From the human T2T-CHM13v2.0 reference genome, Homo sapiens: a stretch of DNA of 64,000 nucleotides. Shown piece after piece: positions 27,974 through 52,382 of the stretch (position 1 is the first letter of the stretch; the number at the start of each line of letters is the position of its first letter). The DNA lies in the NCBI RefSeq assembly GCF_009914755.1, contig NC_060931.1; one strand, written 5' to 3'. Both the position numbers and the translations under genes were made by a program. The notes beneath the pieces are model-generated. The model saw only the letters and a list, made by a program, of their open reading frames with translations. It was not told the DNA's origin and made no database searches.

Positions 27974-28732
27974 AAGATCCTCATCAGTAAATAGAGATAT
28001 ACAAGAATAGTCATACTACATCTACAGAGTGTCAATATCAGGCAGCAGCTTCGAAGCCAAAGTGATGGCTAGATGTAAAGTGATATTTTAATTGGCAGAA
28101 GAGACAGATAGTGAGGAATGTTGATCCAATAATGACGTGAAGTCCGTGAAAGGCTGTAGCTATAAAGAATGTTGAGCCATAAATTCATCAGAAATAGCAA
28201 AGGGAGCCTCAAAGTATTCTGAGACTTGTAGGAGGGTGAAGTAAATACCTGAGGTAATTGTGATAAGTAGTGCTTCAGTTATTTGTTTTTGATTATTTTC
28301 TAGTAGGCTGTGATAGGCTCAAGTAATTGAAATCCCTGATGCAAGAGGGGTACTTCCAGAGGGTTGAGGGGAGAAATGCCTGTTGGGGGTCAGTGTCCTC
28401 CTAGTTCTGGAGTTGGGGCTAGACTGGAATGGTAGAATGCCCAGAAGAATCCAGCAAAGAAAAATGCTTCTGAGATAATAAATAAATTCCATATCAGAGG
28501 CCTTTCGGACAATTGTTGTATGGTGGCCTTGAAATGTACTTTCTCGGATAATATCACGTCACCATTGATATATAGTCAGTGTATTGGTTAGTAGGCCTAA
28601 AGTTAAAAGAGTAATAGAGTTAAAGTGAGATCATATAGCTAGGCCAGATGTTATTAGGAGAGCTGAGAGAGCCCCTGTTAATGGCCAAGGGCTGAGTTTG
28701 ACTAAATGAGAGGTGTGTGTTTGGTGGGTCAT
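27974..28732 (-). pseudogene. COX3: NUMT COX3 pseudogene
   Basis: ATG ACC CAC CAA start; 759 nt vs 784 in human mtDNA (deletions). Confidence 0.92.
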
Positions 28733-29485
28733 TATGTGTTGTCATATAAATAAAGGCTTACTAATAGCGTAAAGACATAAGCTTGGATAAGGGCCACAGC
28801 GAATTCGAGAGTGGTCAATAGAATTAGAATAATAAGGGTAATTGAAGCTGTGGGAAGGTTAATAGTTGATAATACTAGTGTGGCTCCTCCAATAAGTGTA
28901 TGAGTAAGTGACTGGCCGTAATATTGGCTGTTAAATGTACAACTAGTGCCATTGGTTGAATAAGTAGACTAATGGTTTCGTTGATTACTAGTATAGGGGT
29001 AAGTGGTATGGGCGTGCCTTGCAGGAAGAGAGCTAAGGAGTTTTTAGTTTTAAAGTGGAACCTGTGATTACTGTTCCTGCTCATAAGCGGATTGCTATAC
29101 CGAGATTTATTGATAGTTGAGTAGTTGGTGTAAATGAGTGGGGTAGAAGCCCAAGGAGATTGGTTAAGGCAATAAAGAGAATTAGGGATATTAGTATAAG
29201 GGATCAGGTTCGTCCTTTAATATTATGTGTGATTATTATTTGTTTTAGAACAAGTTGAACTAGTCATTGTTGAATAGAAATCAATCTTGTATTAATTATA
29301 TTAATATTAATTAGATAGTTATTAGATGATACTAATTAGATAATTAATTAATATTAATTAGAGAGTATATTAATTAAATAGTTGGAGGTTGGAAGGAGTG
29401 TGGTGGGAAACAAGATGATTAGTGCTGCTGCGGGTAAACCTAGGATTGTCGGGGCAGTAAATGAGGTGAACAGATTTTCGTTCAC
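28732..29485 (-). pseudogene. ATP6: NUMT ATP6 pseudogene with 78-bp AT-rich insertion
   Basis: GTG AAC GAA AAT CTG TTC start; ORF-track piece [25 protein letters not shown]. Confidence 0.92.
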
Positions 29486-29646
29486 TTTAGTTCTCAAGGG
29501 TTGTTATGTTTTTGTGTTTCAATTATTTTTGGTGTAGCGGGTGTATGGTAAATGAAATTTGATAGTTTTAATTGAATAATCGAGAATAAAGTTATGATTG
29601 TTGATATAATAATAATAGGTCATGTGGAAGTATCTCGTTGAGGAAT
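29440..29646 (-). pseudogene. ATP8: NUMT ATP8 pseudogene
   Basis: 207 nt, start ATG->ATT (att cct caa), TAG inside ATP6. Confidence 0.85.
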
Positions 29647-29717
29647 TCACTGTAGAGAGGTGTGATTTCTGTCAGAAGAAGTCTTTAAAAGGTTAACGCT
29701 GGGGTAGCTTTACAGTG
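29647..29717 (-). tRNA. NUMT tRNA-Lys pseudogene
   Basis: cactgtaaagcta...ttaaccttttaa...tacagtga. Confidence 0.85.
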
Positions 29718-29720
29718 AGA

Positions 29721-30399
29721 TTATAGTGTGGATATAGACCAAGTTTTGAAAGTTTTTAATGGGACTAATTTTAAAACAATAGATATAAAGCTGTGGTTAG
29801 ATCCACACATTTCTGAGCATTGTCCATAGTAGAGGCCTGGTCATGTAGTGGTTAAGGCAAATTGGTTTAAGCGTCCAGGGATTGCATCTGTTTTTAACCC
29901 TAATGAGGGAATAGTTCATGAGTGCAGGATATCTTTGGATGAGATTAACATGCGGATGAGAATTTCTATTGAGAGGATGTTTGGTTATCGAATTCGAGGA
30001 GTTGAAGTTCTTCTGGTTTTAAGTTGGCTGTTGGAAGTATATAAGAATCGAAACTTAATTCTTCATAATCTATATACTCGTAGCTTCAATACCATTGATG
30101 TCCAATTGTTTTAATGGTGAGAGGGGGATTATTGATTTCATCTGTTATGTACAGAATACATAGGGATGGGAGGGCAATTAAGATTAAGCTGATGGCAGGC
30201 AAGATAGTTCAGACAGTCTTTATTTCTTGGGCATCTATAGTGCTAGTATGAATCAGCTTTGTTGTATTAGAGAAATAATGTATAGAACCAGGAAACTAAT
30301 TAGGAAAATAATTATAAGAGTGTGGTCATGGAAGGTAAGTAGTTCTTCTATAGTAGGGGATGAAGCATCTTGAAGACCTAATTGAACTGGATGGGCCAT
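29721..30399 (-). pseudogene. COX2: NUMT COX2 pseudogene
   Basis: [12 protein letters not shown] start; GHQWYWSYEY and [13 protein letters not shown] motifs (mt code); TAA at 29721-29723. Confidence 0.93.
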
Positions 30400-30462
30400 T
30401 AAGATATATAGGGCTTAACCTATAACTTTGACAAAGTTATGAAATAATTTTATTAATATCTT
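30400..30462 (-). tRNA. NUMT tRNA-Asp pseudogene
   Basis: taactttgtcaaagtta anticodon arm (GTC); small deletion. Confidence 0.85.
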
Positions 30463-30465
30463 ATT

Positions 30466-30533
30466 GAGAAAGTCATAGAGGTTATGGGATTGACTTGAAA
30501 CAGTCTCTGGAGGTTCGATTCCTTCCTTTTTCG
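30466..30533 (+). tRNA. NUMT tRNA-Ser(UCN) pseudogene
   Basis: gagaaagtcatagagg...cttgaaa...ggttcgattccttcc. Confidence 0.85.
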
Positions 30534-32060
<1,527 letters not shown>

Positions 32061-32076
32061 AAGTGAAGTGAGAAAA

Positions 32077-32142
32077 GGTAAAATGGCTGAGTAAGCATTA
32101 GACTGTAAATCTAAAGACAGAGGTCAAGGCCTCTTTTTTCCT
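32077..32142 (+). tRNA. NUMT tRNA-Tyr pseudogene
   Basis: ggtaaaatggctgag...gactgtaaatcta (GTA). Confidence 0.87.
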
Positions 32143-32207
32143 GTCCCGAGGTGATTTTCATGTTGAATTGCAAACTCAAAGGAGCAGCTTGAATCCTGCT
32201 GGGGCTT
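32142..32207 (+). tRNA. NUMT tRNA-Cys pseudogene
   Basis: gaggtgattttca...ttgaattgcaaactcaa (GCA). Confidence 0.87.
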
Positions 32208-32239
32208 GTATGCCATTTTTCCCCCAACTGCGGGAGAAG
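32205..32239. other. Decayed mitochondrial light-strand origin (OL)
   Basis: Between Cys and Asn; gcgggagaag arm retained, partner arm mutated. Confidence 0.75.
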
Positions 32240-32311
32240 TAGATTGAAGCCAGTTGATTAGGGTGTTTAGCTGTTAACTAAATTTTCGTGGTTTAAGTCC
32301 CACCAATCTAG
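32240..32311 (+). tRNA. NUMT tRNA-Asn look-alike
   Basis: Acceptor tagattg/caatcta and anticodon arm tttag-ctGTTaa-ctaaa fully paired. Confidence 0.88.
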
Positions 32312-32312
32312 C

Positions 32313-32381
32313 AAGGGCTTAGCTTAATTAAAGTGATTGATTTGCATTCAATTGATACAGAATAGAGTTTTTCAGTCCTTA
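32313..32381 (+). tRNA. NUMT tRNA-Ala pseudogene
   Basis: aagggcttagcttaattaaag...attga-ttTGCat-tcaat; T-arm disrupted. Confidence 0.87.
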
Positions 32382-32390
32382 GGGATTTTT

Positions 32391-32458
32391 TAGAAATTAA
32401 GTATAATTTACTTGCTAAGAGCTTTGAAGGCTCTTGGTCTTACTTAACCTAAATTTCT
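32391..32458 (-). tRNA. NUMT tRNA-Trp pseudogene
   Basis: agaaatttaggttaa...agagccttcaaagctct (TCA). Confidence 0.87.
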
Positions 32459-33463
32459 AGATTATGGATAGTGTTAGTGGAGAGATTGGTAGGAGGATGG
32501 TAGAGAAGATGATAAGTGTGGGGAGAAGTAATATGAAATATTTTTGAACTGTCATTTTATTTTTATATTATTGGATGTGGGGAATATTGTCACTGAAATG
32601 GAGTAAACTAAGCATATGTAAATATACAGATTGAGTAGAGTTATGATAGCTATAATGGTTGGGATAATAAGACTTATTTTTTGTAAACTCTTGAATGGTG
32701 ATTCATTTAGGCAGGAATCCTGTTCATGGAGGTAAACCTCCTAGGGATAATAAAATTGATAGAATTATAGATACTGACCATGTTAATTTGTTTCAGGCAT
32801 GGGATAGTGATAGGGTTGTAGTGCTTGAATTCAGGCTGAGTGCTAGGAATGCAGTGGTTGTTAGGTTAAAAATGGTGATGTTTGGGTTATATATTAGTAC
32901 TGCTGTTATTCAACCTATATGAATAATTGAGGAGTAGGCTAGAATTTTACATAGTTGTGTTTGGTTAAGTCCTCCTCAACTGCCCACTATAATAGATAAG
33001 ATCAAGAGAGATAGGAGGATGTTCGTGTTTACTGATGGAAAAATTTGATATATAATTGAAATAGGGCCAGTTTTTGTCATGTGAGGAGTGGTATACCGAA
33101 TGTTAGGGAAGTTCCTTGGGTTACTTCTGGAACTCAGAAGTGAAAAGGGGCTATCCCTAGTTTTATTACTAAGCTGTTATTATTTTTAAGGATGAAAGTT
33201 GATTAATAGTATTTATTGTTCACTGGAGAACAGGTTATTGAAGAGAATACTTATTATGAGGAATATAGATGCGGTTGCCCGTATAAGGAAATATTTAGTG
33301 ACTGCTTCTGTAGAGCGGGTTTTTTTTTTAAATTGAGATTGGGATGAGGGCTAGTATATTTATTTCTAGGCCTGTTCAGATGAAAAATCAGTGTGAGCCT
33401 AGCGTTGTGATAAGTACCTGTAAAAACAGTAAGGTAAATAATAAGTTGAGCTAATGGGTTAAT
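32459..33463 (-). pseudogene. ND2: NUMT ND2 pseudogene
   Basis: ATT AAC CCA TTA GCT CAA start; APFHFWVPEVTQG and GGLNQTQL motifs; 1005 nt vs 1042. Confidence 0.92.
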
Positions 33464-33531
33464 TAGGATGGGAAGGGTATAACCAACATTTTTGGGGTAT
33501 GGGCCAGATAGCTTATTTAGCTGACCTTACT
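33464..33531 (-). tRNA. NUMT tRNA-Met look-alike
   Basis: agtaaggtcagctaaataagctatc...gcccCATacccc. Confidence 0.9.
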
Positions 33532-33532
33532 T

Positions 33533-33603
33533 TAGGACATGGTGTGATAGGTAGCATGGGGAATTTTGGATTCTCGGGGTGAGTTCAATTCCTATAGTTC
33601 TAG
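33533..33603 (+). tRNA. NUMT tRNA-Gln pseudogene
   Basis: taggacatggtgtgatagg...gaattttggattc (TTG). Confidence 0.85.
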
Positions 33604-33666
33604 AAATAAGAGGATTTCAACCTCTATTGTTTACTCTATCAAAGTAATTCTTTTGTCACACATATT
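33601..33666 (-). tRNA. NUMT tRNA-Ile pseudogene
   Basis: tactttgatagagta anticodon arm (GAT); first few nt lost. Confidence 0.85.
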
Positions 33667-34500
33667 ATGTTTGGGGTGGGATGCTGGAGATTAGGATGGG
33701 TATTGAGATATGTCATATACAGAATACTAGTGTAAGTGGTAGAAAGTTTTTTTTGTAAGAGGTGTATGAGTTGATCGTTGCGGAAACAGGGATATGCTGT
33801 TTGAATTCATAAAAATAGGTTAAGAGGAAGGTCTTGGTAATGAAATATGTAGTATAGAGTTTGGTGAATATATAGTGTGTAATGTTCCTAGAAAAAATGT
33901 AGTAGTTAGGGCATTTATTACGATAATATTCATATATTCTGTTATAAAGAAGAGGGCAAATGGACCTGCAGTATATTCGATGTTGAAACCTGAGACTAAC
34001 TCTGATTCTCCTTCTGTTAGGTCAGAAGGGGCTCAGTTAGTTTCTGCTAATGTGGAGATAAATCATATTATGGCTAGGGGTCATGATGGTAGGAGCAGTC
34101 AGAGGGACTCTTGTGTTGTGATGAGTGTATATAAATTGAATGAGCCGCTTCTCAGTAGGACTGATAACAGGATGATGGTTAGGGTGACTTCATATGAAAT
34201 TGTTCGGGCGACAGCTTGTAATGCACCGATTAGTGCATAGTTTGAATTGGATGCCCATCCTGATCATCAAATAGAGTAGATGGCTAGGCTTGATGTGGCT
34301 AGAATAAATAGGAGGCCTATATTAAAATTAATTAAAGGGTCTGGAATAGGGAGGGGAGTTCACAAAAGAAGGGCGATAGAAAGGGCTAGGGTTGGAGCAG
34401 TAATATAGAGGGCAATAGTAGATGTTGAGGGTTGTAAGGGTTCTTTGGTGAAAAGTTGTATTGCATCAGCAGATGGTTGAAATAAATAGTCCGTAGGGTG
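33666..34500 (-). pseudogene. ND1: NUMT ND1 pseudogene (first ~40 codons deleted)
   Basis: [49 protein letters not shown] motifs. Confidence 0.92.
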
Positions 34501-34604
34501 TTAGATTGAGATTAACATCATCTATAGTGCGAGGGCACTTTATGAAGTAGGCCCTATTTTTCTTGTCCTTTCGTACAGGGAGAAAAACAAAATAGAGAGA
34601 AACC
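34501..34604 (-). rRNA. NUMT 16S rRNA 3' fragment (pseudogene)
   Basis: Reverse complement ctccctgtacgaaaggacaaga...gcctacttca. Confidence 0.88.
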
Positions 34605-34607
34605 TGT

Positions 34608-34875
<268 letters not shown>

Positions 34876-34997
34876 TAAAATTTTAAAAAAACAATAGAAA
34901 CAAATGGCTGCCTGGGAGTGGTGGCTGCGGGGCACTCCCGTTTGTGTGGCCCAGGTCATGTCCCTCCCTCAGCCCTGGTCTCTCTTGCCTCCTGCAG

Positions 34998-35188
34998 GCT
35001 GGTGAATTACCAGATCTCCTCAAGTGCAGCAACCAGATCCAGTTGGAAGTGCATCTTTTGGAGGCAGAAAACAAAGCCATGGCCACTGGGGCCTTTACTC
35101 AGGGCCAGCTGAAGGTACCGGGTACAGGCAGGAGCCTCTGGTGGCCTTACCTGATGCACGAACACCCCCCGGTCTGTACTCATTGGAG
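34998..35188 (+). pseudogene. GUSB pseudo-exon 5
   Basis: LVNYQIS...[12 protein letters not shown]...WWPYLMHE...LYSLE; indels; donor reads at. Confidence 0.9.
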
Positions 35189-35396
35189 ATAATGGTGGTT
35201 TGGAACTTGGTTAAGGGAGGTCTTTTGCCCCCATCTGGGCTTCAGCAGGAGCCCAGGACAGATGAACGGCCAGGCGTGGTCCTCTGAGCTTTCTGATATT
35301 TCCCACCCTTGGTGGGAGGCCCAGTTTTTGTGTTTTTTTTTGAGATGGTCTCACTGTGTCACCCAGGCTGAAGTGCAATGGCCTGTTCACAGCTCA

Positions 35397-35741
<345 letters not shown>

Positions 35742-36122
35742 TCACGCCACTGCACTCCAGCCTGGGCGACAGAGTGAGACTGTCTCCAAAAAAAAAAAAA
35801 AATTTTTTTTTTTATAGAGATGGGGTCTCACTCTGTTGCCAGGCTGGTCTTGAACTCCTGGACTCAAGTGATCCTCCTGCCTTAGCCTCCCAAAGCGTGG
35901 GAACTCCAGGCATGAGCCACCTCATCTGGTCAAGGGGAAGGCCCAGTTTTGAAGGGCAGGTCCCGGGGTCAGCCAGGGAAGGGCAGAGCCTCTGATTGCT
36001 GCATCTCTGCTTGCAGGCCCAAGGCGGCTGCTGGGGTGCACGAGGGGCCTTCCTGCCAGAGGGAGGGCCGGATGGGGCTCAGGCTGTCGGGGTGCTCACA
36101 CCTGGCGCTTTGGCTATCTTAG

Positions 36123-36275
36123 GTGCGGCTGACTGCACAGACGTCACTGGGGCCTTTGTCTGACTTCTACACACTCCCTGTGGGGATCCGCACTGTGGCT
36201 GTCACTGAGAGCCAGTTCTTCATCAACGGGAAACCTTTTTATTTCCACAGCATCAACAAGCACGAGGATGCGGAC
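36123..36275 (+). pseudogene. GUSB pseudo-exon 6
   Basis: [27 protein letters not shown]...NKHEDAD, 153 nt; donor reads ct. Confidence 0.92.
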
Positions 36276-36518
36276 CTGCGTTTGTGCTCCTGGGTCCTCG
36301 TTGGGGCTGCTTCTGGTCACCTTCCACTTTTGCCTTCCGTATGTCCCACAGTTGAGGGCAGCTCAGGGCAATAAGGCAAATGGCTCCAAACTGCCCCATG
36401 GTGGAGCCGGTGCTTGGGCTGGAGAGGGGGCTCATGGGGTGGCTCTCCAGGGTCCTGGCTCTCAGAGGAAGTGCAGCTTCGACAGGGGCAGGGGTCACTC
36501 CACTCTGCTGTCTCCTAG

Positions 36519-36697
36519 ATCCTAGGGAAGGGCTTCAACTGGCTGCTGCTGGTGAAGGACTTCAACCTGCTTCACTGGCTTGGTGCCAACGCCTTCTGCA
36601 CCAGCCACTACCCCTACGCGGGGGAAGTGCTGCAGATGTGTGACCGCTATGGGATTGTGGTCATTGATGAGTGTCCCGCTGTGGGCCTGGTGCTGGT
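36519..36697 (+). pseudogene. GUSB pseudo-exon 7
   Basis: [33 protein letters not shown]; ag and gtgagt intact. Confidence 0.92.
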
Positions 36698-36781
36698 GTG
36701 AGTCCCCACCACGCACCCGCTCCACCTGCCCAGCCCGCAGACCGCACCATGACCCTCTGTCCCTTCCCTCCTGGCCCACAG

Positions 36782-36928
36782 GCAGCTTTTCAACAATGTG
36801 TCTGTGCATCAACACATGTGGGTGATGGAGGAACTGGTGTGCAGGGACAAGAACCACCCCGCCGTGGTGATGTGGTCTGTGGCCAACAAGCCTGCATCCT
36901 ACCTGGAACCTGCCGGCTACTACTTCAG
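36782..36928 (+). pseudogene. GUSB pseudo-exon 8 (catalytic NEP->NKP)
   Basis: [17 protein letters not shown]; ag and gtgagt intact. Confidence 0.92.
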
Positions 36929-37099
36929 GTGAGTGCCCCCTGGCTGCCCTGGGCTGGATCGGGAAGGAGACCCTGGCAGGTGGCAGGCTGGGGTGGGTTT
37001 GTGCTGTTTGAGACCAGCCTCCTGTCCCAGCCTGATGGGAGTGCCGTCCATACCCAGACACTTCAGGGGACCAAATATCTACCCACCCAAGTTGTGGTT

Positions 37100-42015
<4,916 letters not shown>

Positions 42016-42318
42016 TAGTTCAGCCTTTAGACTGTACCAGCAGATAGAGGTGGAAAAGTAATGTAAAGCGAATATCAAATTACATTTATAAATAAAGCAG
42101 TTGCTCATTAAGGTTGTTTTTTTTTTTAAACCTCCTTTTTTATTCTGGGTTACATCATTCCCTGGCTGTCTTTACCCCAGCATCAGTGAGTCCTGCAGTC
42201 ACTATAGCCCCCTGCGAGGACAGATATTTTGGTCACCATCAAGTGGATCTTTATTTTTATCTAACATTTACAATTCTGCCATTTCTGACTCTTAGAATCT
42301 CTTTGCCTTGAATACCAG

Positions 42319-42454
42319 GGTCCACCTCTGATGTTCACTGAAGAGTACCAGAAGAGTCTGCCAGAGCAGTACCATCTGGGTCTGGATCAAAAACGCAGAA
42401 AATACGTGGTTGGAGAGCTTATCGGGAATTCTGCCGATTTCACGACTATGCAGT
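42319..42454 (+). pseudogene. GUSB pseudo-exon 11
   Basis: [41 protein letters not shown], 136 nt; ag and gtaagt intact; WNFAD motif altered. Confidence 0.92.
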
Positions 42455-42930
42455 GTAAGTGGCAGTTTGGCTCATGGGATAACGTACCTGTCCTCATTTT
42501 TTCAGGTTGCCTTGCCAATTCTGGCCATTTTGATTATAAGAATATTGGAAACAAAGGAGGGAAGCTGGCTTACTCCATGTAGGTTGCATTGAGAATTTTC
42601 TAGAAAAAGTAAGTTGTGCTTAGAAAGTAGGAGAGCAATCAGGCCCCCGCCTCCCAAATACGGTCAAAAAGCAAACAGGAGAGTGTGCTATAGTGAGACG
42701 GAAATGACTAGCTTGCCTTTTTCTTGTCTATTTCATAGCCAAGGAGGAAGGAAAAATGGGACCTCATTATGGATTTACTTTTGGGACACACTCATTATTC
42801 CACAATAGGGTACAAAGCCTAAGAGACTTAAGGTATTTCAGTCTGTTTTATATTACTTGCAAAAAGCAGGCTGATTGAATATAGGTGAGTTTCAACACGT
42901 CTTGAATGGGGTAGCATTTAAAAGTCTTCA

Positions 42931-45892
<2,962 letters not shown>

Positions 45893-46036
45893 CTGAAGTC
45901 CTAAGATTTTATTTTCCTTTTATAATACAGACATGAAATAATAAAAAATATATATTTGTAAGATCTGAGAGCTACAGTGTAAAAGAAAAAAGCACACAAA
46001 AAAATACACACACATATATACACAAACACACATATA

Positions 46037-47133
<1,097 letters not shown>

Positions 47134-47639
47134 CTGTCATTATTCAGGGAAGAGGGTATGGTCTTGACATCAAAATTTCTTGGGGGAGAAATCTACCAGG
47201 GTTTGGATGAGGCCAGACTGATGATGCTCATTCAGTATCTCAAACCCAGAAAGATGAGTTACTGACATTGAATATGCTAAAGGAAAACAAACAGTTCTGT
47301 TGAATTTCTTGGATTTCATCTAAAACAGTTCAGGTTTTTTGTTTTTGTTTTTGTTTTCGAGACAGGGTCTTGCTCTGTTGCCCAGGCTTGAGTGCAGTGG
47401 TGTGATCTTGGCTCACTGCAACCTCTGCCTCCTGGTTCAAGCAATTCTCCTGCCTCAGCCTCCTGAGTAGCTAGGATTACAGGTGTGCACTACCATACCC
47501 GGCTAATTTTTGTATTTGTAGTAGAGACAGGGTTTCACCATGTTGGCCAGGCTGGTCTCCAACTCCTGGCCTCATGCAATCCACCTACCTCAGCCTCCTA
47601 AAGTGCTGGGATTAAAGGCATGAGCCACCATGCCCAGCC

Positions 47640-48471
<832 letters not shown>

Positions 48472-48612
48472 AAATGTTTACCAAATTTGCTTTGATTCAG
48501 CAAAACACAATAGCTAAAAACAAGGATATCAGAAAAATGTTGAATGACCGGCTGGGTGTGTCGTCTCACACCTGTAATCTCAACACTTTGGGAGGCCTAG
48601 GCAGGAGGATCA

Positions 48613-48861
<249 letters not shown>

Positions 48862-50473
48862 CTATGTCTCTGAAAAACCAACAGATTAGGAGGCTGATGA
48901 ATAAGATCTAAGAGTCTATGAATTGGGGAAATGGGAAAGCAAATCTTTATTTCTGCATTGCTTTTTGTGTTTTGGGTGATTTCTGCATTGCCTTTTGCGT
49001 TTTGAGTGACTGTGATTGAGAAATGTGGAATGGGTAGAATTAGTCCCATTTGGCAGATGGGTAGACTGAGGCCCAGACAGCTGCATATGGCTTACCACTC
49101 ATCACATATCGAGTTATGCCTTACAAAAAAGGGATGTTGTTTCTTTCCCTGTGCTGTGCCCTCTTCTCATTTGGTAGATCTGTTTTGATTTTTTTTTTTT
49201 TTTTTGAGACAGTGTCTCGCTCTGTTGCCAAGCCTGGAGTGCAGTGGTGTGATCATAGCTCACAGCAGCTTCCAACTCCTGGGCTCAAGCAATCCTCCCA
49301 CCTTGGCCTCCCAAAGTCCAGGGATTATAAGCAGGAGCCACTGTTCCCAGCCTTCATTCAGTAGGGAGTGAAGGGACCAGTCAAAGTCCGAGTGTTTGCA
49401 GAAGAGAAAGAAAAAGGAAAGAAATTTGTGATGAGATAAAGCACACTAAACTACACAGGGGACTCTCAGCCGCTGGGATGAGATACTCTGCCTCCCTCCT
49501 GGTCTCAGGATCCCTTATGTTAACCATGTTTCTTGGCAATATTTTACCTGGGAACAGTTCTCTTGAAAGGTCCTCCCAGAGGCAAGGACTAACTAATTTG
49601 ATGGAACTTGTTACCCTGCATTATGACTCAGTGGGAGATCAGGTGCCTGAGGATTGGGAGAGAGAAAAGCTCTTCCAACTCTTTCCTCATGAGACTCTTC
49701 TAACTCTTACGTGCAATTCCCTTGCATACAAATAAAACACCTCTGCATGTCAGGGACCTTCAGAGCCCCCACTGGACCAGGATGTCCACTGCAGCCCTTC
49801 AGCCTTGGGACCCTTCCATATGCCTAAACTTTGACCTTCTCTGGGGAGACGTAATAGTTGAGGGGGTTGTTGGTATGCAGGGAAGTTGCACACAGGAGTC
49901 GGAAGAGTCTCATCAGGAAATTTCTGGGAATGAGGCTTTCCAAGAGAAGGAGAACTGTGTGATCTGAAAAGGGACCACAGGAAGGAGATAGGTGATGGAC
50001 TCCAAGAACACAGAAGCTGACCAGGCATGCTGGCTCATGCCTGTAATCCTAGTGCTTTGGGAGGCTGAGGCAGGAAGATCCTTTGAGTCCAGGAGTTCGA
50101 GACCAGCCTGGGCAACATAGTGAGACCCCTCCCCCCCCAGCTCTAAAATAAATAAACAAAATCATGTGGGTATGGTGGTGTACTCCTGTGGTCCCAGCTC
50201 CTTGGGAGGCTAAGGTGGGAGGATTACTTGAGCCTGGGGAGGTGGAGGCTGTGATTGTGCCACTGTGATTGTACCACTGCATTCCCAGCCTGGATGACAG
50301 AGCAGGACCCTGTCTCAAAAAAAAAAAAAAAAAAAGAAGAAATATTTGGACTTCTGGTAACAACTCAGTGCAAGTTTAAGCAATTAGAGGATGAACATCT
50401 ACCAGGCTTCTTTGTGCCAGCAATATTTTGAGAGCCCCTGTTTATTTCCTGTAATCTTTAGTGAAATGATATG

Positions 50474-50865
50474 TGCTATGTGTAATTGTGCCCCTCCCCG
50501 CAAACAAATTTATCTGTTAAAGTCCTAACCACTAATATTTCAGAATGTGACCTTTTTGGAGATAGTCTCTTTCCTGAGGTTATCAAGTTAAAATGACGTC
50601 AGTTGGGTAACCCCTAATCCAGTGTGACTGGTGTCCCTGTGCCAAAGTGAAATTTGGACACACGCACATAGTGTGAAGATGTTGAGAAGAGACACAGGGA
50701 AAAGATGGCCTTCTACAAGCCAAAGAGAGAAGTCTCAGAAGGACCCAACCCTGCTGACACCTTGATCCTGGACTTCTGGTCTTCAGAACTGTGAGATCAT
50801 ACATTTTTGTTGTTCAAGCCATCCAGTCTGTAGTCCTGTTATGGCAGTCTGAGCAAATTAATATA
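50474..50865 (+). mobile_element. MLT1B-like MaLR LTR
   Basis: cagaatgtgacc...caagttaaaatga...ccctgctgacaccttgatc...aattaatata. Confidence 0.75.
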
Positions 50866-50986
50866 ATAAGTCAAAATAAAAATGACTGCTGCGGCCGGGT
50901 GCAGTGGCTCACGCCTGTAATCCCAGCACTTTGGGAGTCTGAGGCAGGCAGATCATGAGGTCAGGAGATCGAGACTATCCTGGCTA

Positions 50987-51995
<1,009 letters not shown>

Positions 51996-52205
51996 AAACA
52001 AAAGAAGAAGACGGATGGTGTGCACCACTTGCAGATAAGAGCTGTTGGTGGGAAGGGGTGACCTGAAGAGTCCATGTTCCATTTTGTAGCTTACCTTTAT
52101 CGAGTAGATAGAGGCTGCCTTTGAAAGGAAGCAGAAGTACATAAAATCCCTGGGACCAGTGGGAAAGAAGAAAAGACACTGGAAACTAGTTTTTTTTTTT
52201 TTTAA

Positions 52206-52382
<177 letters not shown>

